A DNA stretch of 64,000 nucleotides from Alphaproteobacteria bacterium (GTDB lineage Bacteria; Pseudomonadota; Alphaproteobacteria; Bin95), in NCBI GenBank assembly GCA_965261985.1, contig OZ253490.1, positions 4,946,631 to 5,010,630 on the forward strand. The letters are read 5' to 3'. Numbering within the stretch: the stretch's first letter is position 1; the number at the start of each line of letters is the position of its first letter. The position numbers were made by a program, and so were the translations under genes. The notes below the pieces were generated by a model, which had not been told where the DNA came from, made no database searches, and was given only the letters and a program-made list of their open reading frames with translations. Below, one piece after another: positions 56,640-64,000 of this stretch.

Positions 56640-57950
56640 ATGGCGGAATATCTGAAGCGGGGCCGGACGGAGGCCCAGCGCGTCGAGGCGGATGCGAAGG
56701 TGCGCGCCGCCGTCGAGGCGATCCTGGACGACATCCGGGCGCGGGGCGACGAGGCCGTGCGGGCGCTCTCGAAGAAGTTCGACGACTGGTCGCCGGAGAG
56801 CTTCCGGCTGTCGGAGCAGGAGATCGAGCGGGCGCTCTCGCAGGTGGCGAAGCGCGATCTCGACGACATCCGCTTCGCCCAGGCCCAGGTGCGCGGTTTC
56901 GCCGAGCACCAGCGCGCCGCGCTCAAGGACATCGAGGTCGAGACGCTGCCGGGTGTGGTGCTTGGGCATAAGAACATCCCGGTGAACTCGGTCGGCTGCT
57001 ATGCGCCCGGCGGCAAATATCCCATCGTCGCCTCGGTGCATATGAGCGTCGTCACCGCCAAGGCCGCCGGCGTGCCGCGCATCGTGGCCGCCGCCCCGCC
57101 CGCGCAAGGCGGCGGCCCGCATGCGGCCATGGTCGCCGCCATGCATATGGGCGGGGCCGACGAAATCCTGGTGCTGGGCGGCGTGCAGGCGGTGGGCGCG
57201 ATGGCGCTCGGCACGGAGTCGGTGGCGCCGGTCGATATGCTGGTCGGTCCCGGCAACGCCTTCGTTGCGGAGGCCAAGCGCCAGCTCTTCGGCCGTGTCG
57301 GCATCGACCTGCTGGCGGGCCCGACCGAGACCCTGCTGGTCGTGGACGAGACGGTGGACGCCGAGCTCTGCGCGACCGACCTGCTGGGCCAGGCCGAGCA
57401 CGGTCCCGACAGCCCGGCCATACTGGTGACGAACTCGCGCACGCTGGCCGAAGCCACCATGGCCGAGGTCGAGCGCCTGCTGACCATCCTGCCGACGGCC
57501 GCCAATGCCGGCGCCGCCTGGCGGGACTATGGGGAGGCGATCGTCTGCGCCGACCATGACGAGATGCTGGCGGAAGCCGAGCGCATCGCATCCGAGCATG
57601 TGCAGGTGATGACCGACCGGGACGAGTGGTACCTGGAGAACATGACCAACTACGGCGCGCTGTTCCTCGGGCCGCGCACCAATGTCTCCTATGGCGACAA
57701 GGTGATCGGCACCAACCACACCCTGCCCACCCGCCGCGCGGCGCGCTACACGGGCGGCCTCTGGGTCGGCAAGTTCATCAAGACGCACACCTACCAGCGC
57801 ATATTGACCGACGAGGCCTCGGCCGCGCTCGGCGAGGTCTGCTCCCGGCTCTGCATGCTGGAGGGCTTCGTCGGCCATGCAGAGCAGGCCAATCTGCGCG
57901 TCCGCCGCCTCGGCGGCCGTAACATCCCCTACGGCACGGCAGCGGAGTGA
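56640..57950 (+). CDS. Histidinol-dehydrogenase-family protein (hisD-like, in a catabolic gene context)
   Basis: …[32 protein letters not shown]…[35 protein letters not shown]…[15 protein letters not shown]…. Start at ATG 56640 (TTG at 56595 possible). Confidence 0.8.
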   Translation: MAEYLKRGRTEAQRVEADAKVRAAVEAILDDIRARGDEAVRALSKKFDDWSPESFRLSEQEIERALSQVAKRDLDDIRFAQAQVRGFAEHQRAALKDIEVETLPGVVLGHKNIPVNSVGCYAPGGKYPIVASVHMSVVTAKAAGVPRIVAAAPPAQGGGPHAAMVAAMHMGGADEILVLGGVQAVGAMALGTESVAPVDMLVGPGNAFVAEAKRQLFGRVGIDLLAGPTETLLVVDETVDAELCATDLLGQAEHGPDSPAILVTNSRTLAEATMAEVERLLTILPTAANAGAAWRDYGEAIVCADHDEMLAEAERIASEHVQVMTDRDEWYLENMTNYGALFLGPRTNVSYGDKVIGTNHTLPTRRAARYTGGLWVGKFIKTHTYQRILTDEASAALGEVCSRLCMLEGFVGHAEQANLRVRRLGGRNIPYGTAAE

Positions 57951-59020
57951 CGGCGCTGCTGCCCGGCGCGATCGACTGCGACCTGCATCCGGCGCCGCCG
58001 TCCGTCTCCGCGCTCCTGCCATACTTGGAGCCGCATTGGGCCGATGCGGCGGGGCATCGCGGGCTGCACGAGCTGGAGACCATTGCCTGGCCGCCCAATG
58101 CGCCGCTCTCCTGCCGGCCCGACTGGCGGGACGGCGCCGCGCGGCCCGGCAGCGACCCCGCCCGCCTGATAGGCGACGCCGTGGACGGCTTCGGCACCCG
58201 CTACGCCATCCTCAACTGCCTCTACGGCGCGCCGATGCTCTATTCCGAGGACATGGCGGCCGGCTTCTGCCGCGCGCTGAACGACTGGCTGAAGGCGGAA
58301 TGGCTCGACCGCGACCCGCGCCTGCGCGCCTCCATCCTCATGCCGCCGCACGCCCCGGACCTTGCGGCGGAAGAGATCGAGCGCGCCGGGGCGGACCGGC
58401 GGTTCGTGCAGGTGCTGCTGCCGGTCATGGGCGAGACGCCGCCCGGCCGGCGGACCAACTGGCCGATCTACGCCGCGGCCGAGCGGGCGGGCCTGCCGGT
58501 CGCCTTCCATGCCGGCTCCGCCTACCGCCACCCGCCGACACCGGTCGGCTGGCCCTCCTATCTCGCCGAGGACTACGCCGCGCAGGCAACCGCCTTCCAG
58601 TCGGCGCTCACCAGCCTCATCGCCGAAGGCGTGTTCCGGAAGTTCCCGGAGCTTACCGTCGTGTTCGCGGAATCGGGCGTCGCCTGGCTGCCGGCGCATC
58701 TCTGGCGGCTGACGAAATACTGGCGCGGGCTGCGCATGGAAATCCCCTGGGTGGACCGCAGCCCGGAGGAGATCGTGCGCGAGCGCATCCGCTTCACCAT
58801 CCAGCCCTTCGACGCGCCGCAGGAGCCGGAGGCGGTGGCCCGCCTGCTGGACCATCTGGGCTCGGACGACATGCTGCTGTTCGCCACCGACTACCCGCAC
58901 TGGCAGTTCGACGGCATGGGCGCGCTGCCCGAAGGCTTGCCAGAGGCCCTCGTCCGGCGTATCGCAGTGGACAATCCGCGCGCCACCTATCCGCGCCTCA
59001 GGGAGCATGTGTCTTGCTAA
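57947..59020 (+). CDS. Amidohydrolase_2-family (TIM-barrel metal-dependent hydrolase, ACMSD-like) protein A. The last residues after the repeat (…REHVSC) are supplied by cassette 2.
   Basis: …[11 protein letters not shown]…[12 protein letters not shown]…. GTG start overlapping the hisD-like stop (GTGA). Paralog of 60033-61151. Confidence 0.8.
   Translation: MTALLPGAIDCDLHPAPPSVSALLPYLEPHWADAAGHRGLHELETIAWPPNAPLSCRPDWRDGAARPGSDPARLIGDAVDGFGTRYAILNCLYGAPMLYSEDMAAGFCRALNDWLKAEWLDRDPRLRASILMPPHAPDLAAEEIERAGADRRFVQVLLPVMGETPPGRRTNWPIYAAAERAGLPVAFHAGSAYRHPPTPVGWPSYLAEDYAAQATAFQSALTSLIAEGVFRKFPELTVVFAESGVAWLPAHLWRLTKYWRGLRMEIPWVDRSPEEIVRERIRFTIQPFDAPQEPEAVARLLDHLGSDDMLLFATDYPHWQFDGMGALPEGLPEALVRRIAVDNPRATYPRLREHVSC
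58936..59005. repeat. Direct repeat, left copy (3' end of amidohydrolase A), flanking low-GC cassette 2
   Basis: cttgccagaggccctcgtccggcgtatcgcagtggacaatccgcgcgccacctatccgcgcctcagggag against 59955-60024 cttgccagaagacctcgtccggcgtatcgtggtggataatccgcgcgccacctatccgcgcctcagggag. All mismatches are in the first 38 bp. Confidence 0.8.
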
Positions 59021-59130
59021 CTTGGTGATTGGTGTTGGTATGAATTACATTGCATTGTAATCATCGTGCCCTGCGTCGACATCTATCTGTCTTGCGCTCT
59101 TAAGTTGCCCTCCAAGTAGGAGAAAATCCC

Positions 59131-59868
59131 GTGAGGCTCAGCGATAAGGACTTAGACAATATGCCCTCTGATCGCGAGGGTGCTTTTATGTATCTCGAAC
59201 AATTAAGCAAAGAGGAATACGAACTCCGCGCACGAAACGATAAGGATCACAATACTAACGAGGATGGTAGATATTTTGGTTCTTTTGAACCAGAATGGAC
59301 GTATGTCTCAGACATTCTGGCGTGTCTTGATGAATTGATTCTCGAAATTGATGTCCCAGATATTACCGACATTTTCAAAAACGATTGGGACAAGGATCAA
59401 GACATTATGAAAGAGTTTAATTTCTTTAGGCAGCGAGTGAACTACATTGTTTCCAGATTTAGGATTAGAAGGGCGAGGATGTACAATGGGAGTGCTGGCA
59501 CTCCTGTATCAATAAAGTCAAATTACAAAGAGGAAATTGGAAATTTGCTGAACACTATCAGAAAGATAGTTAATCAACAGGTAGTTGATGACAAGAAAAA
59601 GGAGGCAATTTTCAAGAAGATCGTCTCCTTACAATTGGAGGTGGACCGAGATAGAACCACCATTGATGTTCTGTTTGGAAACATGCTGGATTTTACGAAA
59701 ACTTTAGGCGAGTGCACGGATAACCTAGAACCCCTGTTGGAAAAAGTAGAACGATTGAAAAAACTAATTTGGGACAATGTTGGCAAAGTTGATGCTCTTC
59801 CAGAGAAGGAGAGGCCCAAGCTCATTGAGTCACCATCTAATGAACTAGACGATGACATTCCGTTTTGA
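59131..59868 (+). CDS. Hypothetical protein, 245 aa, cargo of low-GC cassette 2
   Basis: GTG start with SD AGGAGA. MRLSDKDLDNMPSDREGAFMYLEQLSKEEYELRARN…. Strongly AT-rich, coiled-coil-rich, no recognised family. Confidence 0.55.
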   Translation: MRLSDKDLDNMPSDREGAFMYLEQLSKEEYELRARNDKDHNTNEDGRYFGSFEPEWTYVSDILACLDELILEIDVPDITDIFKNDWDKDQDIMKEFNFFRQRVNYIVSRFRIRRARMYNGSAGTPVSIKSNYKEEIGNLLNTIRKIVNQQVVDDKKKEAIFKKIVSLQLEVDRDRTTIDVLFGNMLDFTKTLGECTDNLEPLLEKVERLKKLIWDNVGKVDALPEKERPKLIESPSNELDDDIPF

Positions 59869-59954
59869 TGGAACCTACTGTGTGTACAGTTTAAGGTGAT
59901 CTGTACAGATAGGGTAATCGCCTGACAGTGGCGGCTTCAGCTGGCGACAAAGGA

Positions 59955-60024
59955 CTTGCCAGAAGACCTCGTCCGGCGTATCGTGGTGGATAATCCGCGC
60001 GCCACCTATCCGCGCCTCAGGGAG
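59955..60024. repeat. Direct repeat, right copy (native gene end with the stop overlapping the amidohydrolase B start)
   Basis: See 58936-59005. Followed by GGAGGGGGAGCC-GTG, the start of the next gene. Confidence 0.8.
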
Positions 60025-60032
60025 GGGGAGCC

Positions 60033-61151
60033 GTGACGACCGAAGTCCTGGAACGCCCAGCCGGGGAGAGTGCCGCAGAGTCCGACACCCGGATCGCCGA
60101 CTGCGACATCCATCCGAGCCCGAAATCGCTCGAGCGCGAGATCTACCCCTTCCTCGAGAAGCGCTGGCAGCGCCATCTGGAGCGCTACGGCGCCAGGCCC
60201 CGCCAGCCCTTCCTGAACGGCCCGGCCTATCCGAAGGGCCAGCCCGACGCCGCGCGCCGCGACGCCTATCCGCCCGCCGGCGGCCGGCCCGGCAGCGACC
60301 TTGCCTTCATGCGCGCCCAGCATCTCGACCCGAACAATGTCGGCTTCGGCGTGCTGAACCCGCTCAAGTCCGGCCAGGGCCTGCAGAACCTCGACTTTGC
60401 GGACGCCTATTGCCGCGCCATCAACGACTGGCAGATCGCCTTCTGGACCCGCGAGGAGCCCCGGCTCAAGGCCTCCATCGTCGTCCCCTATGAGGACACC
60501 GCGGCGTCGGTGCGCGAGATCGATCGCTGCGCCGGCGAGGAAGACTATGTCCAGGTCTTCATGCTGAACCGCACGGCCGAGCCGATGGGCCAGCGCCGCT
60601 ACTGGCCGATCTACGACGCCGCGGCCGCGGCCGGCCTGCCGCTCGCGGTCCATGCCTTCGGCTTCGGCGGCGCGCCGATAACCGGCGGCGGCTGGCCCTC
60701 CTACTATATCGAGGACATGACCGGCCACGCCCAGTCCAGCCAGGCGGCGCTCACCAGCATGGTGTTCGAGGGCGTGTTCGACCGGCTGCCCAGCCTCAGG
60801 ATGGTGCTGATCGAGAGCGGCTTCGCCTGGCTGCCGGCGCTCTGCTGGCGGCTCGACCGGGTGTGGGCGCGGATGCGGGACGAGCTCCACCGCTGCAAGC
60901 GCCGGCCGAGCGAGACCATCCACGAGCAGGTGTTCCTGACCACGCAGCCGATGGAGGAGCCGCGCCGCCCGCGCCAGCTTCTCGACTGCATCGAGTGGAT
61001 CGGCTGGGACAGGCTGCTGTTCGCCACCGACTACCCGCATTGGGACTTCGACCGGCCGGACCGGGTGCTGCCGCCGTCGGTGGATGCCGGGAAGCGCCGG
61101 GCCTTCTTCCGCGACAACGCGCTCAAGGTGTACGGCCGGCAGATGCCGTGA
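60033..61151 (+). CDS. Amidohydrolase_2-family protein B
   Basis: MTTEVLERPAGESAAESDTRIADCDIHPSPKSLEREIYPFLEKRWQRHL…[18 protein letters not shown]…; 372 aa. Confidence 0.82.
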   Translation: MTTEVLERPAGESAAESDTRIADCDIHPSPKSLEREIYPFLEKRWQRHLERYGARPRQPFLNGPAYPKGQPDAARRDAYPPAGGRPGSDLAFMRAQHLDPNNVGFGVLNPLKSGQGLQNLDFADAYCRAINDWQIAFWTREEPRLKASIVVPYEDTAASVREIDRCAGEEDYVQVFMLNRTAEPMGQRRYWPIYDAAAAAGLPLAVHAFGFGGAPITGGGWPSYYIEDMTGHAQSSQAALTSMVFEGVFDRLPSLRMVLIESGFAWLPALCWRLDRVWARMRDELHRCKRRPSETIHEQVFLTTQPMEEPRRPRQLLDCIEWIGWDRLLFATDYPHWDFDRPDRVLPPSVDAGKRRAFFRDNALKVYGRQMP

Positions 61152-61546
61152 CCCGCCATGCGGTGGCCCCGGTCTCCGAGTTTCCGCCGGGCACGCGCCG
61201 CTGCGTCGTTCTGGAGGGGCGGCGGATCGCGCTGTTCAATGTCGGCGGGCGCTATTTCGGCCTGCTGGACCGCTGCCCGCACCAGGGCGGCCCGCTGTCG
61301 GAAGGGGTGCTGACCGGCCTGGTCGAGGCCGAAGCGCCCGGCGATTACAGCTTTTCGCGACCGGGAGAAATCCTGCGCTGCCCCTGGCACGGCTGGGAGT
61401 TCGACCTCGCCACGGGCGAAAGCCGCTTCGACCCCCGCCGCCACAAGACCCGCGCCTACCGCGTCACCGCCGCTTCAGGCGAGGACCTCAAGGCCGAAAC
61501 CGTCCCGGTCTGCGTCGAGGAGGACTATGTGGTCGTCGAGACCTGA
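61148..61546 (+). CDS. Rieske [2Fe-2S]-domain protein
   Basis: …LLDRCPHQGGPLSEG…ILRCPWHGWEFDLATGES… (CxH…CxxH). GTG start overlapping the upstream stop. Confidence 0.75.
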   Translation: MTRHAVAPVSEFPPGTRRCVVLEGRRIALFNVGGRYFGLLDRCPHQGGPLSEGVLTGLVEAEAPGDYSFSRPGEILRCPWHGWEFDLATGESRFDPRRHKTRAYRVTAASGEDLKAETVPVCVEEDYVVVET

Positions 61547-61619
61547 GGCGCGGCGGGCCGGTGACAGGAGAGCGGCGCAGGCGTAGCATGGTCGGGAAGC
61601 TGGCAATGGAGCGAACGGG

Positions 61620-62195
61620 ATGAGCGCGGGCGCGACGCTGCGCAGCCGGAGGACAGGCCGGGCCACCTATCGGGATGTGCTCGACGCGCCGCCGCATATG
61701 GTCGCCGAAATCGTCGAAGGCGCGCTGCACCTGCAGCCGAGGCCGGCCATGCCGCATGCACTGGCGGGATCGTCGCTTGGTGATGAACTAGTCAGCCCTT
61801 TCCAGAAGGGCCGGGGCGGGCCCGGCGGCTGGTGGATCGTTTACGAGCCGGAGCTCCATTTCGGCGAGGATGTGCTGGTGCCCGACCTTGCCGGCTGGCG
61901 CCGGGAGCGGATGCCGGACTACCCGGATACGCCCTATTGCACCCTCGCGCCGGATTGGGTCTGCGAGATACTCTCTCCCTCGACGCGGAAGTTCGACCTC
62001 GAAGAGAAGCGCCCGGTCTATGCGCGGGAAGGCGTCGGCCATCTTTGGTTAGTCGATCCGGCCGCCCGCACGCTGGAAGCGTTTGCGCTGCGGGACGGCG
62101 AGTGGTCGCCAGCAGGTTCGGCGAAGAACGACGACTCTGTGTCCTTCCCGCCCTTCGAAGCCATCGCCTTCCCCCTGGACGCGCTCTGGCCCTGA
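61620..62195 (+). CDS. Uma2-family (DUF820) putative endonuclease
   Basis: …WWIVYEPELHFGEDVLVPDLAGWRRERMPDYPDTPYCTLAPDWVCEILSPSTRKFDLEEKRPVYAREGVGHLWLVDP…. Confidence 0.75.
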   Translation: MSAGATLRSRRTGRATYRDVLDAPPHMVAEIVEGALHLQPRPAMPHALAGSSLGDELVSPFQKGRGGPGGWWIVYEPELHFGEDVLVPDLAGWRRERMPDYPDTPYCTLAPDWVCEILSPSTRKFDLEEKRPVYAREGVGHLWLVDPAARTLEAFALRDGEWSPAGSAKNDDSVSFPPFEAIAFPLDALWP

Positions 62196-62207
62196 AGCGC
62201 GCCGGCC

Positions 62208-62406
62208 TACATCCAGTTTTCGACGCTCAGTCCCTCGAACGCCCGGAAGTCGGCGATGTTCGATGTCACGAGAATCGACCCGTTGATGTGAGCGATCGCG
62301 GCGATCCGGTCGTCGACGAAGGGCGGCGGTCAGCCGCGCACGCTCCCCGACGTTCGACCGCGGCCGCAACGGTTCCGAGACGGTATCGGTGTCGAGGAGA
62401 TACTTC
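62208..62406 (-). pseudogene. Internally deleted VapC (PIN) toxin remnant downstream of an intact antitoxin
   Basis: N-terminal VKYLLDTDTVSEPLRPRSNVGERARLTAA… and, in another frame, the C-terminal …AAIAHINGSILVTSNIADFRAFEGLSVENWM*. The central ~60% of a normal PIN domain is missing. Confidence 0.5.
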
Positions 62407-62415
62407 ACCGGTTGG

Positions 62416-62698
62416 CTACAGCCACACCTCTCGCCCGGCCGTTTCCTCGCGCACATCCCCGAACAATTCATCGGGGTCGAGCGCGAGCCCGGCAAACTCG
62501 ACACTGCTCTCGAACTCCCGGTACGCGTCGCCAAAGCTCCGCCGCTGCGAAGAGAGCCGCTCGAACTCACGGCACCCGATCAGAACCGCTACCGTCTCGC
62601 CCCGGCGGGTAAGCTCCACTATCTTGCCGTTCTCGGCCTCCCGAACCAGGGATGGGAGGTTGCGCCGGGCTTCAGCTATCGAATGTCGGTCTGCCATC
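62416..62698 (-). CDS. Phd/YefM-family antitoxin (orphaned)
   Basis: MADRHSIAEARRNLPSLVREAENGKIVELTRRGETVAVLIGCREFERL…. Confidence 0.7.
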
Positions 62699-62777
62699 GT
62701 CCCCGCCCCCATGTTCATCATCATGTACATGACAGGTCATGCTGCGACGACGAGAAACCCCGAACCTCTCGACAGGT

Positions 62778-64000
62778 TCACGCCGGTCCACGAACCGCGT
62801 CTGCAACCCGGACGATCGCGGCGAGGCTCCGCTCCACATCGTCGTCGGCGGTGGCCCATGACGAGACGCTGATGCGCATCGCGGCCCGGCCGTTCCATCG
62901 GGTTCCCCCGCACCAGCAGGTCCCTTCGCGCTGCACGCCGCGGATTACCTCCGCAGTCGCCCCATCGCCGCCGAATGCGACGAGCACCTGGTTCAGCACC
63001 ACGTCGTTGAGGACCTCGCAGCCCGCGTCGCGCAGCCCGGCTGCAAAGCGCCGGGCCTGGCGACAGTTGCGCTCGACCAGCTCCGCCATGCCGTCGCGGC
63101 CGAGCGATGCCAGCGCCGCCCAGACCTCGACGCCGCGCATGCGCCGGCTGGTCTCCGGCGTGAATTCGAACGGCTCCCGGTTCTCCCGGTCGGGCAGATA
63201 GTCCGCCTGCACCGACATCGCGCCGCGCAACGCACCGGCGTCGCGCACGATGGCAAGCCCGCTGTCATACGGCACGTTGAGCCACTTATGCGCGTCGGCT
63301 GCCCAGGAGTTGGCGCGCTCGACGCCCTGCGCGAGCGCCGCGAACTCCGGGGATGCCCTTGCCCAAAGGCCGAAGGCGCCGTCCACATGGACCCGGACAT
63401 CGCCGGCGCGCACCGCGTCGCATATCGCGCCCACCGGATCGAACGCCCCGGTGTTCACGTTCCCCGCCTGGGTGCAGACGATTGCCGGACCGTCCAGGTC
63501 GGGAAGCGCATCCACGCGCATGCGGCCCTCGTCGTCGGCCGGCACCCGGATCGCCCGGTCCCGCCCGAGCCCGAGCATGCCCAGCGCCTTGAACAGCGTG
63601 GCGTGCGCCTGCTCCCCCACCACGACGGTAATCTCCGGGGCCCCATGGAGCCCGTGCCGGTCGGCGTCGTGGCCATGCGCGAGCAGCACGGCGCGCCGGG
63701 CGGCGGCGAGCGCGGTGAAGTTCGCCATCGTCGCGCCGGTGACGAACGCAGTCCCGGCATCCGCCGGCAGGTCGAGCGCTTCGAGCACCCACCCTGCCGC
63801 GACCCGCTCGATTGCGGCGCCGACCGGCGAGCTCACTTCGCTGAAGGCGTTCTGGTCCCACGCGGCCGCGAGCCAGCTCGCGGCCAGCGGCGCCGGCAGG
63901 ACGCCGCCTGTCACGAAGCCGAAATAGCGCGGGCCCGCGCTCGCAATCGTGCCCTGCCCGCCGATCTCGTCGAGCCGGGAGAGAATCGCGGAGGCAGGCA
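62778..64000 (-). CDS. PLP-dependent group II decarboxylase-family protein (partial; N-terminus beyond the window end)
   Basis: The reading frame continues to nt 64000 (…AGPRYFGFVTGGVLPAPLAASWLAAAWDQN…). …HVDGAFGLWARASP…NSWAADAHKWLNVPYD…. Confidence 0.8.
   Translation of the reverse strand, partial: PASAILSRLDEIGGQGTIASAGPRYFGFVTGGVLPAPLAASWLAAAWDQNAFSEVSSPVGAAIERVAAGWVLEALDLPADAGTAFVTGATMANFTALAAARRAVLLAHGHDADRHGLHGAPEITVVVGEQAHATLFKALGMLGLGRDRAIRVPADDEGRMRVDALPDLDGPAIVCTQAGNVNTGAFDPVGAICDAVRAGDVRVHVDGAFGLWARASPEFAALAQGVERANSWAADAHKWLNVPYDSGLAIVRDAGALRGAMSVQADYLPDRENREPFEFTPETSRRMRGVEVWAALASLGRDGMAELVERNCRQARRFAAGLRDAGCEVLNDVVLNQVLVAFGGDGATAEVIRGVQREGTCWCGGTRWNGRAAMRISVSSWATADDDVERSLAAIVRVADAVRGPA

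Noticed and set aside
58936-60024. Integron gene-cassette (attC) interpretation for the two cassettes
   Set aside because: There are no attC-like imperfect palindromes with RYYYAAC/GTTRRRY cores and no intI/attI nearby. The flanks are duplicated host-gene ends.

Overview
High-GC (by eye roughly 65-70%) alphaproteobacterial-type chromosomal segment, Rhizobiales-like: a dnaK-dnaJ pair without grpE, an RpoH-like promoter, an IS630-type transposase with an A8 frameshift, and a rho gene with a long C-rich leader. The core consists of catabolic and housekeeping genes (pobA plus an MFS transporter, cutA, dnaK/dnaJ, folK, rho, an HpcH aldolase, SDR/LLM/FAD oxidoreductases, two Ldh_2 dehydrogenases, a hisD-like gene, tandem amidohydrolase_2 genes and a Rieske protein). 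Several visibly AT-richer accessory insertions interrupt it.

The main accessory regions are:
- an IS630 copy at the left edge;
- tRNA-Pro(GGG) with an adjacent Abi_2 gene and a transposase remnant;
- an XRE-HTH / DUF4258 / unknown three-gene island;
- an Eco29kI/NgoMIII-like type II R-M island (GIY-YIG REase plus an SPPY-motif MTase) next to dnaJ;
- a prophage remnant (TerS fragment);
- an AbiEii-type module after rho;
- two intact VapBC-like pairs and one decayed pair;
- a frameshifted C39-like peptidase fragment.

The two most unusual observations are as follows. First, two ~1 kb low-GC single-gene cassettes (a PIN-like 383-aa protein and a 245-aa unknown). Each sits immediately downstream of, and co-oriented with, a host gene whose last 57-70 bp are duplicated on the far side of the cassette. 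Both cassettes carry the same 17-bp palindromic motif TGATCTGTACAGATAGG just after the cargo gene, and neither carries a recombinase. Second, a dispersed ~350-430 bp repeat family (four fuller copies, 250-430 bp, plus two short array-only fragments). One end of each copy is a 10-bp-phased array of TGTCATG heptamers that always abuts the 5' side of an outward-transcribed gene. A separate ~110 bp REP/MITE-like family (TGTCACCCCGGACGG...), tandemly expanded at one locus, accompanies it.

Many long ORFs in the six-frame track are GC-driven antisense or off-frame artefacts and were not called.
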